From TPA_inf: Saccharomyces (lineage: Eukaryota): a DNA stretch of 64,000 nt. Of the stretch, positions 42,018-53,360 are shown piece after piece (position 1 is the stretch's first letter; every line of letters begins with the position of its first letter). Below the pieces are notes generated by a model. The model was not told where the DNA came from, ran no database searches, and worked only from the letters and a program-made list of their open reading frames with translations. Position numbers and translations under genes: made by a program. The stretch is taken from positions 128,001-192,000 of the forward strand of contig BK006947.3 of NCBI GenBank assembly GCA_000146045.2, given 5' to 3'.

Positions 42018-43286
42018 ATGTCGACAATTGGAGCTGTTGATATTCTTAATCAAAAGACCATAACTTCTGAAGTGGCTGCCTCAGTGACTTCAAAATATCT
42101 ACAAAGTACGTTTTCTAAAGGTAATACAAGTCATATCGAAGATAAAAGGTTCATTCATGTCAGTTCGCGTTCTCATTCAAGATTCACCTCGACTCCCATA
42201 ACTCCAAATGAAATTCTTTCCCTAAAATTTCACGTATCAGGTTCATCGATGGCGTATAGTAGAATGGATGGGTCATTGACCGTTTGGTTTATTAAAGATG
42301 CAAGTTTTGACAAATCTGTAGAAGTTTATATTCCAGACTGTTGTGGTTCCGATAAATTGGCTACTGATTTGTCCTGGAACCCTACTTCTTTAAATCAAAT
42401 AGCTGTCGTGAGCAATTCATCAGAGATATCCTTACTCTTAATCAACGAAAAATCGCTAACGGCATCCAAATTAAGGACCTTGTCATTGGGAAGCAAGACT
42501 AAGGTCAACACATGTCTTTATGATCCATTAGGAAACTGGTTATTAGCTGCCACCAAATCTGAGAAAATCTACTTGTTTGATGTGAAAAAGGATCACAGCT
42601 CTGTCTGTTCTTTGAACATCAGCGATATAAGCCAAGAGGATAATGACGTTGTGTATTCCTTAGCATGGAGCAATGGTGGAAGTCATATATTTATTGGCTT
42701 TAAGAGTGGTTATTTGGCCATTTTAAAAGCAAAACATGGCATATTGGAGGTTTGTACCAAAATTAAAGCACATACTGGTCCTATAACCGAGATCAAAATG
42801 GACCCATGGGGAAGAAACTTCATTACTGGGAGTATCGATGGGAATTGCTACGTATGGAATATGAAGTCACTATGTTGTGAATTAATAATTAACGATTTGA
42901 ACTCTGCGGTAACAACACTAGACGTCTGTCATTTGGGTAAAATACTAGGAATTTGTACAGAAGATGAAATGGTATATTTCTATGATCTTAATAGTGGTAA
43001 TTTACTCCACTCTAAATCTTTAGCCAATTACAAAACCGATCCCGTTTTGAAGTTTTATCCTGATAAATCATGGTATATCATGTCAGGCAAGAATGACACA
43101 CTATCAAATCATTTTGTTAAAAACGAAAAAAATCTAATAACTTATTGGAAAGACATGTTCGATAACACGATGATTGAAAAACGTAGGAAAAACAACGGTG
43201 GAGGCAACAACCACAATAAAAGGACGAGTAAGAATACTGATAGGATTGGCAAGGATAGGCCGAGTAGATTCAACTCAAAAAAATAA
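42018..43286 (+). CDS. TEX1: Tex1, WD40-repeat component of the TREX mRNA-export complex, 422 aa
   Basis: ATG at 42018. WD-repeat-like pattern and a basic C-terminal tail (KRRKNNGGGNNHNKRTSKN). 422 aa. Confidence 0.88.
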   Translation: MSTIGAVDILNQKTITSEVAASVTSKYLQSTFSKGNTSHIEDKRFIHVSSRSHSRFTSTPITPNEILSLKFHVSGSSMAYSRMDGSLTVWFIKDASFDKSVEVYIPDCCGSDKLATDLSWNPTSLNQIAVVSNSSEISLLLINEKSLTASKLRTLSLGSKTKVNTCLYDPLGNWLLAATKSEKIYLFDVKKDHSSVCSLNISDISQEDNDVVYSLAWSNGGSHIFIGFKSGYLAILKAKHGILEVCTKIKAHTGPITEIKMDPWGRNFITGSIDGNCYVWNMKSLCCELIINDLNSAVTTLDVCHLGKILGICTEDEMVYFYDLNSGNLLHSKSLANYKTDPVLKFYPDKSWYIMSGKNDTLSNHFVKNEKNLITYWKDMFDNTMIEKRRKNNGGGNNHNKRTSKNTDRIGKDRPSRFNSKK

Positions 43287-43440
43287 GTTACCTGATGGAA
43301 GGAATGCGGTAGAAAATGCACATTCTTTTTCTTTCATTTAATGATATTTACATGTGATTGACGACAACCTAATATATAAATATATATGCACGCATATATT
43401 TTGTATATGTAACGTTAAAAACGCATCTGTTTTTGTGATT

Positions 43441-44337
<897 letters not shown>

Positions 44338-44587
44338 TTAACTGTTTTCTTTCCTTTTTTTTTTTTCATTTTCATTTTCATCTAAACCTTGAAAAAAAAC
44401 CAGGAATACGGTAAAAAAAGAGAATAAAGAATAGGATAATGCTACATTTGAAACACAGTAGTTATGTGAATACATAAGGATGTCCATTTAACAAAAAAAA
44501 AAAAGGAACATAGGAAAAAACAGAAATTATATATAGAGGTAGATTAGTTTTATGTACTATGAGCAAATAAAGGGTGGAGTAAAGATC

Positions 44588-46315
44588 TTAGCTTTGTTGT
44601 TGTTGCTGCTGCTGTTGGTTAAGCATATTCATCAAAGAATTCAATTGAGCAGTGGGGTCAAATTGTTGCTGAGGTACAGGGGGAGCCGCTGCGGCAGGTC
44701 CCTGAGAAGGTAATGGTTGGTTGGGGGCATAACCATACGGTTGCTGCATCATAGGTTGCACATATTGCTGTGGTGGAGGAGATGCCAATGGTGCATTGCC
44801 GTAGGGTACTGGAGATATCGACGATATGCTACCAGATTTGTTAGGTTTACCAGAACGTGGCCCATTTCTGCCAGAATCAGTAGGCATCTTTTGAGATATT
44901 GCCTTGGAAGAAACACCTTCACCAACGATAATATCCGGTTCTTCGAAAACAATACCGGTAACGAGAGGTTGACCAGAAGTGCCACCCCATTGCGCACTTA
45001 CTGACCATTTTTTATCAGCGTCCGTGAGCCTGTGCATAGGAATAATACTGTAACCGTGTTGATAGTCACAACAATCTCTTGGACCAAAACCAACTCCCCA
45101 CCTAGTTCTCAATGGCAGGGCTCCATCTTTATTGAAGTTTTGCAAAACATTTTCGGCCTCATGTCTTGAATAAACTTTCACAAAAGCGTGTTTTCTGGAG
45201 TTATTCAGAATGACGCTTTGTACTTCAGCAAAAGGTTTTAAAACGTTAGCAAGGTCCCATTCCTTCATGTTTAGTGGTACCCCACCGATGAAAAGAGTAC
45301 GGCTGTAGACTTTAATATGATCTGGTGGCAATGTAGAGTCGTAACTTACTGGTTTTGGTCTATAATGAGGATTATTGGAAACATTAAGCTCATCGGGGTA
45401 TAAGTGGTGATTGTTTGTGCCAAATGTCGTATTGGGGGCGCCTATGCTGTATTGGTCCTGGGCCACAGATGGATAGCGGTCCTTCCTGCCTGTCGATGGC
45501 TGAGAAAATGGTGCCGGAGGAGATCTTGATCTATTCCTTCTTGAGTTATATCTTTCTCTTTCACGTTCACGTTCACGTCTGCTACCATATTCGGTAATTG
45601 TATGGGCTTGGGGAGGTGCGACTGTACCCACGGATGTATGTGAAGGCAAAGTTTTAAAATGTTTCTGCAGAGCCGCTATTACTTGGAAAAGAGCTGCTTG
45701 CTGTTTGGCTGGATCTGTGGAAGTCAAATCAGTTGGAAGACTTATGTTCAAGTTTAAAGGAGGACTTTTCTTTAGATTTGACAAGATTTGTTTCGACCTC
45801 TGCTTGGGATCCAGTGATAGTTGTTGTGAAGCGGTGTTCGCGGTGTTATTCGATATGTCCATAGCAAAGCATTTTGACCTGATGGCGTTCAAGTAACTCT
45901 TTTGAAACAAGCCGGACCTGTCCCAAATGTCTAAAAGCATACGAATTTTTTCCTTGTGGTCTTGATTACTTTTTGCAATAGCATCGGATAGCAGTTCTTG
46001 AATTACTTCGCCCAACGTGTTTATGGCATGGGCACAAGTACCGGGTTTGTTGCTGCTGCTGTTTGAATTTGATCTTGTTTCATCCAAGTAAGCTCTACCT
46101 ATTGAATCGATGATATATAAAGAACCTAATTTATGAGAATCGGGACAAAGTCTTGAGTAGTCTATTATCAAAGATATGATTTTCGATTCAATATCAATGT
46201 GATCAAGTGCGTAAGTGGTTAGTTTCTTAATACGAGAACCTGAAATACCAGATTTCAAATCTTTGAATGATTCCAAGGTAGCTACAAAATTTTGAAAATC
46301 GTCGTCCTGCTGCAT
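44588..46315 (-). CDS. NRD1: Nrd1, RNA-binding subunit of the Nrd1-Nab3-Sen1 termination complex, 575 aa: CID, RRM, P/Q-rich C-terminus
   Basis: ATG at 46313-46315 (MQQDDDFQNFVATLESFKDLKSG...). RRM (LFIGGVPLNMKEWDLANVLKPFAEVQSVILN) and a C-terminal poly-Q tail (LNQQQQQQQQS). Confidence 0.93.
   Translation of the reverse strand: MQQDDDFQNFVATLESFKDLKSGISGSRIKKLTTYALDHIDIESKIISLIIDYSRLCPDSHKLGSLYIIDSIGRAYLDETRSNSNSSSNKPGTCAHAINTLGEVIQELLSDAIAKSNQDHKEKIRMLLDIWDRSGLFQKSYLNAIRSKCFAMDISNNTANTASQQLSLDPKQRSKQILSNLKKSPPLNLNISLPTDLTSTDPAKQQAALFQVIAALQKHFKTLPSHTSVGTVAPPQAHTITEYGSRRERERERERYNSRRNRSRSPPAPFSQPSTGRKDRYPSVAQDQYSIGAPNTTFGTNNHHLYPDELNVSNNPHYRPKPVSYDSTLPPDHIKVYSRTLFIGGVPLNMKEWDLANVLKPFAEVQSVILNNSRKHAFVKVYSRHEAENVLQNFNKDGALPLRTRWGVGFGPRDCCDYQHGYSIIPMHRLTDADKKWSVSAQWGGTSGQPLVTGIVFEEPDIIVGEGVSSKAISQKMPTDSGRNGPRSGKPNKSGSISSISPVPYGNAPLASPPPQQYVQPMMQQPYGYAPNQPLPSQGPAAAAPPVPQQQFDPTAQLNSLMNMLNQQQQQQQQS
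44594..44617 (-). repeat. (CAA/CAG)n coding repeat for the Nrd1 C-terminal poly-glutamine
   Basis: Plus strand ttgttgttgttgctgctgctgttg immediately upstream of the stop codon. Confidence 0.9.
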
Positions 46316-46532
46316 TATGGGATGTTTAGTATGTTTGTTGCTTTCCGGTTCCTTTCCTGTAACTCGTGCTTGGAGAAAAGTACTAGAAAAAATGTGTAAT
46401 CAGAGAAAACTACAATACAAAAAAATAGACAATAGTATATTTTTCTTTTGCTTGAAATTATAGGTTGTAGCAATGGATACGGTAACGTAACTAATTGTAA
46501 GAAGAGCCTTGATTGGTGAGTTAGTTGTGTAC

Positions 46533-46574
46533 AATACGATAATACGATGCGATACGATACGAAAACGATACAAT
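46533..46574. repeat. Degenerate tandem repeat of ATACGAT/CGATAC units (~5 copies), ~220-260 bp upstream of the NRD1 ATG
   Basis: aatacgataatacgatgcgatacgatacgaaaacgatacaat read directly. On the NRD1 (minus) strand this reads repeated UCGUAU/UGUA. Confidence 0.8.
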
Positions 46575-47409
46575 AAGGTTGCCGAGTACTGACTTTTGAT
46601 ATGTTAAAAGCATGAAACTCGTAAAGGGAAGGAGCGGGGAGTCATGCTAACGAGGAATGGAACATGGAGGAAGGACGAAACACTTGCCCTTTTATACTTT
46701 TTCTTTTTCACCTCCTCCGCTCCGACCGGTGGCAAAAAAAAAAATCAAAAATGTACCGTATGTAATGACCAATAAATCACCAAAGACGAAACATTTATTT
46801 TTGCCGCCGACTTTCCAATGAATTTGCTCAATTTCAGGTTAGTGGTCATAAGGATATCTAACAAGCCATCAAAAGCATAATGTTTTTGAGTACTCGATAG
46901 AATTATGTATTGCGGACTTTAGTAGAATAGGAAACAATGCGCTATACGTGCGCAGTAGCTCATTTCGACCATAAACTAATTGTAGATTTTTTGCGTTTCT
47001 GGTGCTATTCATTGAAACAAGAAACCGATAGTACTTCCACTTACAATACTAATACTTGCGGTAATGTTACAATCCTTCACTTATTATTTTCGGAGAATAA
47101 TAACCATGCATCTTGCAATACTTTCACGGCTTTGCCTTGTCTCGTGCGCTAGTAACTGCAGTAGAACCCACCCATATGACAATGCAAATATTAATCTAAC
47201 TTAGTCAAAAAAAAAAAATGCCTTCACCTCGTTTGTCTTCATCTGAGATAAGGTTCCGGTTTTCATCTTGTCCCTGTTTGTTGCCTTTGTTCTTGCCTCA
47301 TCGCTTCTAAAGCGGCTTTCAAGCTTTGATCTTTAAATGGAAATCTTTAATTCTAAGAAGTGGTAGCAACCATTGAGAGGCAAAAACAAGGGAACGACGG
47401 AAAGCAGGC

Positions 47410-50400
47410 ATGAGCGCTATCTATAAATTATCTATTCAGGGCATACGGTCTTTTGACTCCAATGATAGGGAAACTATTGAATTTGGCAAGCCTCTGACTT
47501 TAATAGTCGGCATGAATGGTTCAGGTAAAACGACTATCATCGAATGTTTAAAGTACGCTACCACAGGTGATCTACCGCCCAACAGCAAGGGAGGAGTATT
47601 CATTCATGACCCGAAGATAACTGGTGAAAAGGACATTAGAGCTCAGGTCAAACTGGCGTTTACGAGTGCCAATGGACTCAATATGATTGTCACCAGAAAT
47701 ATTCAGTTGCTAATGAAAAAGACTACTACTACATTTAAGACTTTAGAAGGCCAGTTGGTCGCTATAAATAATAGTGGTGACCGCAGTACTTTGTCCACCC
47801 GGTCTCTGGAATTAGACGCACAAGTACCCCTGTATCTGGGAGTTCCAAAAGCGATCTTGGAATACGTGATATTCTGTCACCAAGAAGACAGCCTGTGGCC
47901 ACTGAGTGAACCATCCAATCTTAAAAAGAAGTTTGATGAAATTTTCCAAGCGATGAAATTTACAAAGGCTCTAGACAATTTAAAATCCATAAAGAAAGAC
48001 ATGTCCGTGGATATCAAGTTATTAAAGCAATCAGTAGAACACTTAAAGTTGGATAAAGACAGATCGAAAGCAATGAAGCTCAATATCCACCAATTGCAAA
48101 CTAAGATAGATCAGTATAATGAAGAAGTGTCTGAAATTGAATCTCAATTGAATGAAATCACTGAGAAATCCGATAAACTGTTTAAATCTAATCAAGATTT
48201 CCAAAAAATACTATCCAAAGTAGAGAACTTGAAAAATACAAAACTCTCAATTAGTGATCAAGTGAAAAGATTGTCAAACTCAATTGATATTCTCGATTTA
48301 TCGAAGCCAGATTTGCAAAACTTATTGGCAAACTTCTCTAAAGTCTTGATGGATAAGAATAATCAGTTGAGAGATTTGGAAACCGATATTTCAAGTTTGA
48401 AAGACCGTCAGTCATCCTTGCAGAGCCTTTCTAATTCCCTCATCAGGCGGCAGGGTGAGTTAGAAGCTGGTAAGGAGACATACGAAAAGAACAGAAATCA
48501 CCTTTCATCGCTAAAAGAAGCCTTCCAACATAAGTTCCAAGGCCTTTCAAATATTGAAAACAGTGATATGGCTCAAGTAAATCACGAAATGTCACAGTTC
48601 AAGGCTTTCATCTCTCAGGATTTAACTGACACTATAGATCAATTTGCAAAGGATATTCAACTAAAGGAAACAAATTTATCCGACTTGATAAAATCAATAA
48701 CCGTCGATTCACAGAATTTGGAATATAATAAAAAGGACAGATCTAAATTAATCCATGACTCTGAAGAGCTTGCTGAGAAATTGAAATCATTTAAAAGTTT
48801 GTCTACTCAAGATAGCCTCAATCATGAACTGGAAAACTTAAAAACATACAAAGAAAAGCTGCAATCTTGGGAAAGTGAGAATATTATACCAAAATTGAAC
48901 CAGAAAATAGAAGAGAAAAATAATGAGATGATTATCTTAGAGAATCAAATTGAGAAATTTCAAGATCGCATAATGAAAACGAATCAACAAGCGGACTTAT
49001 ACGCCAAACTAGGACTAATAAAGAAGTCCATTAATACTAAATTAGACGAGTTACAAAAGATTACGGAAAAATTACAGAATGATTCTAGAATAAGGCAAGT
49101 ATTTCCCCTCACCCAGGAATTTCAAAGAGCTGATTTAGAAATGGATTTTCAGAAATTATTCATCAATATGCAAAAGAATATAGCGATCAACAACAAAAAG
49201 ATGCACGAATTGGATAGAAGATATACAAACGCTTTGTACAATTTGAACACCATTGAAAAGGATTTACAGGATAATCAGAAGTCGAAAGAAAAAGTGATAC
49301 AACTACTAAGCGAAAACTTACCAGAGGATTGTACTATTGATGAATATAATGATGTCCTGGAAGAAACGGAGCTCTCCTATAAGACTGCGCTGGAAAACTT
49401 GAAAATGCATCAAACTACTTTAGAATTTAATAGAAAAGCATTAGAGATCGCTGAACGTGACAGCTGCTGTTATTTGTGTTCTAGAAAGTTTGAAAATGAA
49501 TCGTTTAAAAGTAAGTTGTTACAAGAACTAAAAACAAAAACAGACGCAAATTTTGAAAAAACTTTGAAAGACACTGTCCAAAACGAAAAGGAATATCTTC
49601 ATAGTTTAAGGCTACTGGAGAAACATATTATTACACTAAATTCTATAAATGAAAAGATTGATAATTCACAGAAGTGCCTTGAAAAAGCTAAGGAGGAAAC
49701 AAAAACTTCCAAATCAAAACTAGATGAATTGGAAGTAGATTCCACAAAATTGAAAGATGAGAAAGAGTTAGCTGAGTCTGAAATTCGTCCTTTGATTGAG
49801 AAGTTTACTTACTTAGAAAAGGAACTTAAGGATCTTGAAAACAGTTCTAAAACGATATCTGAGGAGCTATCGATTTATAATACCAGTGAAGATGGTATTC
49901 AAACTGTTGATGAATTAAGGGACCAACAAAGGAAGATGAATGATTCTTTACGTGAACTGAGGAAAACCATTTCAGATTTGCAAATGGAAAAAGATGAAAA
50001 GGTGAGAGAAAATTCAAGAATGATTAACTTGATTAAAGAAAAGGAATTAACAGTTTCTGAAATTGAATCATCTTTAACACAGAAACAAAATATTGATGAT
50101 TCTATAAGGTCAAAAAGGGAAAACATCAACGATATCGATTCTAGAGTAAAGGAGTTAGAAGCACGTATTATTTCATTAAAAAACAAAAAGGATGAAGCGC
50201 AAAGTGTTCTAGACAAAGTAAAAAATGAACGTGATATTCAAGTACGCAACAAACAAAAAACCGTTGCAGATATTAATCGGTTAATAGATAGATTTCAGAC
50301 CATTTATAACGAAGTGGTTGATTTTGAAGCTAAGGGCTTCGATGAATTGCAAACAACAATAAAAGAACTAGAATTGAACAAAGCTCAAATGCTGGAACTA

Positions 50401-51348
50401 AAGGAGCAGCTTGATCTCAAGTCAAATGAAGTTAACGAAGAAAAGAGAAAACTTGCTGACTCAAATAATGAGGAGAAAAACTTGAAGCAGAACTTAGAAC
50501 TAATTGAATTGAAATCACAACTTCAGCACATTGAATCTGAGATAAGTAGATTAGACGTTCAAAATGCAGAAGCTGAAAGGGACAAATATCAAGAGGAATC
50601 ACTAAGACTAAGAACAAGATTTGAAAAGCTGAGCTCTGAAAACGCAGGTAAATTAGGTGAAATGAAACAATTACAGAATCAAATAGATTCATTGACTCAT
50701 CAACTGCGGACTGATTACAAAGATATCGAGAAAAATTACCATAAAGAATGGGTTGAATTACAGACAAGATCCTTTGTTACTGACGACATAGATGTCTATT
50801 CAAAAGCATTAGATAGTGCTATTATGAAATATCATGGATTGAAAATGCAAGATATAAACAGGATAATTGATGAATTATGGAAGCGTACGTATAGTGGTAC
50901 TGATATAGACACCATCAAAATTAGATCAGATGAAGTTAGTAGTACAGTTAAGGGAAAATCATACAACTATCGTGTTGTAATGTACAAGCAGGATGTTGAA
51001 TTGGATATGAGAGGACGATGTTCCGCGGGTCAAAAAGTTCTTGCATCGATTATTATCAGGCTAGCTCTATCTGAAACATTTGGCGCAAATTGTGGCGTAA
51101 TTGCACTAGACGAACCTACCACCAATTTAGATGAAGAAAACATCGAAAGTTTAGCAAAATCTTTACACAATATAATTAATATGAGAAGACATCAAAAGAA
51201 TTTCCAGCTAATCGTGATCACTCATGATGAGAAATTTTTGGGTCATATGAATGCAGCGGCATTTACTGATCACTTCTTCAAAGTCAAGAGAGATGATAGG
51301 CAAAAATCACAAATTGAGTGGGTCGATATTAACAGAGTCACTTATTGA
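47410..51348 (+). CDS. RAD50: Rad50 (MRX complex SMC-like ATPase), 1312 aa: Walker A, long coiled coils, CXXC zinc hook, signature and Walker B motifs
   Basis: Walker A GMNGSGKTT at the N-terminus. Zinc-hook CYLC near nt 49466-49477. ABC signature SAGQKVLASIIIRLAL and Walker B IALDEPTTNLD at the C-terminus. 1312 aa. Confidence 0.95.
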   Translation: MSAIYKLSIQGIRSFDSNDRETIEFGKPLTLIVGMNGSGKTTIIECLKYATTGDLPPNSKGGVFIHDPKITGEKDIRAQVKLAFTSANGLNMIVTRNIQLLMKKTTTTFKTLEGQLVAINNSGDRSTLSTRSLELDAQVPLYLGVPKAILEYVIFCHQEDSLWPLSEPSNLKKKFDEIFQAMKFTKALDNLKSIKKDMSVDIKLLKQSVEHLKLDKDRSKAMKLNIHQLQTKIDQYNEEVSEIESQLNEITEKSDKLFKSNQDFQKILSKVENLKNTKLSISDQVKRLSNSIDILDLSKPDLQNLLANFSKVLMDKNNQLRDLETDISSLKDRQSSLQSLSNSLIRRQGELEAGKETYEKNRNHLSSLKEAFQHKFQGLSNIENSDMAQVNHEMSQFKAFISQDLTDTIDQFAKDIQLKETNLSDLIKSITVDSQNLEYNKKDRSKLIHDSEELAEKLKSFKSLSTQDSLNHELENLKTYKEKLQSWESENIIPKLNQKIEEKNNEMIILENQIEKFQDRIMKTNQQADLYAKLGLIKKSINTKLDELQKITEKLQNDSRIRQVFPLTQEFQRADLEMDFQKLFINMQKNIAINNKKMHELDRRYTNALYNLNTIEKDLQDNQKSKEKVIQLLSENLPEDCTIDEYNDVLEETELSYKTALENLKMHQTTLEFNRKALEIAERDSCCYLCSRKFENESFKSKLLQELKTKTDANFEKTLKDTVQNEKEYLHSLRLLEKHIITLNSINEKIDNSQKCLEKAKEETKTSKSKLDELEVDSTKLKDEKELAESEIRPLIEKFTYLEKELKDLENSSKTISEELSIYNTSEDGIQTVDELRDQQRKMNDSLRELRKTISDLQMEKDEKVRENSRMINLIKEKELTVSEIESSLTQKQNIDDSIRSKRENINDIDSRVKELEARIISLKNKKDEAQSVLDKVKNERDIQVRNKQKTVADINRLIDRFQTIYNEVVDFEAKGFDELQTTIKELELNKAQMLELKEQLDLKSNEVNEEKRKLADSNNEEKNLKQNLELIELKSQLQHIESEISRLDVQNAEAERDKYQEESLRLRTRFEKLSSENAGKLGEMKQLQNQIDSLTHQLRTDYKDIEKNYHKEWVELQTRSFVTDDIDVYSKALDSAIMKYHGLKMQDINRIIDELWKRTYSGTDIDTIKIRSDEVSSTVKGKSYNYRVVMYKQDVELDMRGRCSAGQKVLASIIIRLALSETFGANCGVIALDEPTTNLDEENIESLAKSLHNIINMRRHQKNFQLIVITHDEKFLGHMNAAAFTDHFFKVKRDDRQKSQIEWVDINRVTY

Positions 51349-51393
51349 AAAGACCCCATAATATCTACGAAGGGATAGACTTTGATTGATTAA

Positions 51394-53022
51394 TTAGAGG
51401 TGCTGAAATACTTCGTCGACGAGTTTGTGATAACGCTTCTGTTGCTTAGCCATATCTAAGTGTATATGATATTTAACGCAAAGCAATTTTCTTAGTAATA
51501 TGCTATCGTTTCCAAGTCGGTATTCAGCAAGAGATTCGAATTTTTCGCTATCATTACTAATATCTCTCTCTGTTATAACGTCAGCTAGTTGTTTCTTTTC
51601 CTTTGCAGACTTAGCAAGCACGTAAGCACCTTTGATACCCATCATATCGACATTCTCTTTAGGTTTAATTATTGCTACACCGTTGTTAACCAAGGAAATC
51701 AATGATAATAGTCTTTCATTTTTCGCTTGACTACCAGATATCCTTAACTCTTTGATATGTATATTTGAATTTTCATTTTGAAATGTATCAATTATCAATT
51801 TTGTCTGAAATGATAAAAATTCCAAGATACAAATATATTTATATGTAAGATTCAACATTGATGTATCGGTGGACTCGCCAATGAAAGAACCCTTTATCCG
51901 TGGATCTGCAAAAGGAGTCCTATTTCCCTCGTAATCACCGTAGAAAAACATATCTTTCGTAAGAATATGAATTGAGAGACCATTGTTCTTCTCAATGTCA
52001 CGAATGGTTTGTTCGAGTACTTGATAGATATCAGCACCATCTTTCAGAATTTTCCTGGCACATGGATGACTCTCAAATAAATGTTCAATTAATTTACCAG
52101 TACACGACTGGCCCGCAGCATAAACAGAAAAATCACCCCTGTTGTCAAGTATAGTATCAAAAGGTCCCCATACTCCAGGAATTCTAGTATCAGAGATGGT
52201 AGTACCATACATGTAGCAGCTAGAAGTCCCGGCTATCATAAACAATGATGTTTCCAAATGAGGAGAAGCAACTGCGAACCAACTTGCATAACTGTCAATA
52301 CAACTGCGAACTACAGTTGTCGAAATGTGCTTATTGGCAACAAGACTAGTGGTTCCAATGCTTACATTAGATGGTAAATTTATAATGTTTTTGTAAAATG
52401 AAGATGACCAGCCAGATACCTCTCCATCATTGCCTATACCATTAAGATTTTCTCTTCCCAAAAGTCCTTCAATGTTCCATTCATACAAGCGGCTCAGTTC
52501 ATAAGCAATGTATTGATGAAGATCAAAGATATGAAAATGTTTGTCTCGTAAATGAGAGTATTCATCTAAAAAGTACTTCAATTTGGGGACGCCCATTTCG
52601 GGTACAAATTTTCCTCCCAAATAATCCAAAAGCTGTTGTGGACATTGCATATTTAGCCATTGACATTCGTTTACGGCAGAAGAGTCCATCCAAAATATGA
52701 CATTATCTTCATTTGGATACGGTATCAGCATGTTACTTGTGCGATCCCTTTCGAAAATAGCTAATGAACACGTTGCAGAAACACCACATGACTTTACCTC
52801 ATATTCTCTAATGTTCAGTTTCTGAAGACACTTTTGAAGGGCTTTAATTATTTCAGTTGATTTTTGCCAGAATTTCCATGACTTCTTTGAAGAATCCTGG
52901 TAGTATGGGACTGGTTCCTGCGCCATTTCTAACAGCGCATCATTGTAGTAATTATATACACCTATTCTAGCACTTGATGAACCTACATCAATTCCGATGC
53001 CAACTTGCAGACTGCTATTCAT
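51394..53022 (-). CDS. MPA43: Mpa43, FGGY-family carbohydrate-kinase-like protein of unknown function, 542 aa
   Basis: 542-aa ORF with ATG start (cat 53020-53022). Length and position match YNL249C. Stop lies only 45 bp from the RAD50 stop (convergent). Confidence 0.82.
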   Translation of the reverse strand: MNSSLQVGIGIDVGSSSARIGVYNYYNDALLEMAQEPVPYYQDSSKKSWKFWQKSTEIIKALQKCLQKLNIREYEVKSCGVSATCSLAIFERDRTSNMLIPYPNEDNVIFWMDSSAVNECQWLNMQCPQQLLDYLGGKFVPEMGVPKLKYFLDEYSHLRDKHFHIFDLHQYIAYELSRLYEWNIEGLLGRENLNGIGNDGEVSGWSSSFYKNIINLPSNVSIGTTSLVANKHISTTVVRSCIDSYASWFAVASPHLETSLFMIAGTSSCYMYGTTISDTRIPGVWGPFDTILDNRGDFSVYAAGQSCTGKLIEHLFESHPCARKILKDGADIYQVLEQTIRDIEKNNGLSIHILTKDMFFYGDYEGNRTPFADPRIKGSFIGESTDTSMLNLTYKYICILEFLSFQTKLIIDTFQNENSNIHIKELRISGSQAKNERLLSLISLVNNGVAIIKPKENVDMMGIKGAYVLAKSAKEKKQLADVITERDISNDSEKFESLAEYRLGNDSILLRKLLCVKYHIHLDMAKQQKRYHKLVDEVFQHL

Positions 53023-53360
53023 GATTTCACCTATATAACACGTTGGTTTCTCATTTAAAGTTACCTTTATTGAAAAAAATAAACTGATACATTTTTAAAT
53101 TTCAGCTTACTAAGGTGCTAGAAAGCCGAACTACGCTATGAATTAATATTGAATTTATTGCGAAGTTTAAAATTATTGTAAAATATCTATTTGTACATAT
53201 GTATCTTCTCAGAAAAAATAGCGTATATCTATGTAGTTATTTTTGTTTTTCTCTTCCTCTCATCAGGAGGACCGTCTTATATTTTGCTGCTTTATAGAAC
53301 CATCTAGCAAAAAAAAAAACCAGAGCAAACCAAATGCTCAGTATATACCTCTAGGTAACT

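Noticed and set aside
46937-47152. 71-aa ORF in the NRD1-RAD50 intergenic region
   Set aside because: No conservation signal visible and no recognisable domain. It lies in the probable RAD50 promoter and is most likely a chance ORF.
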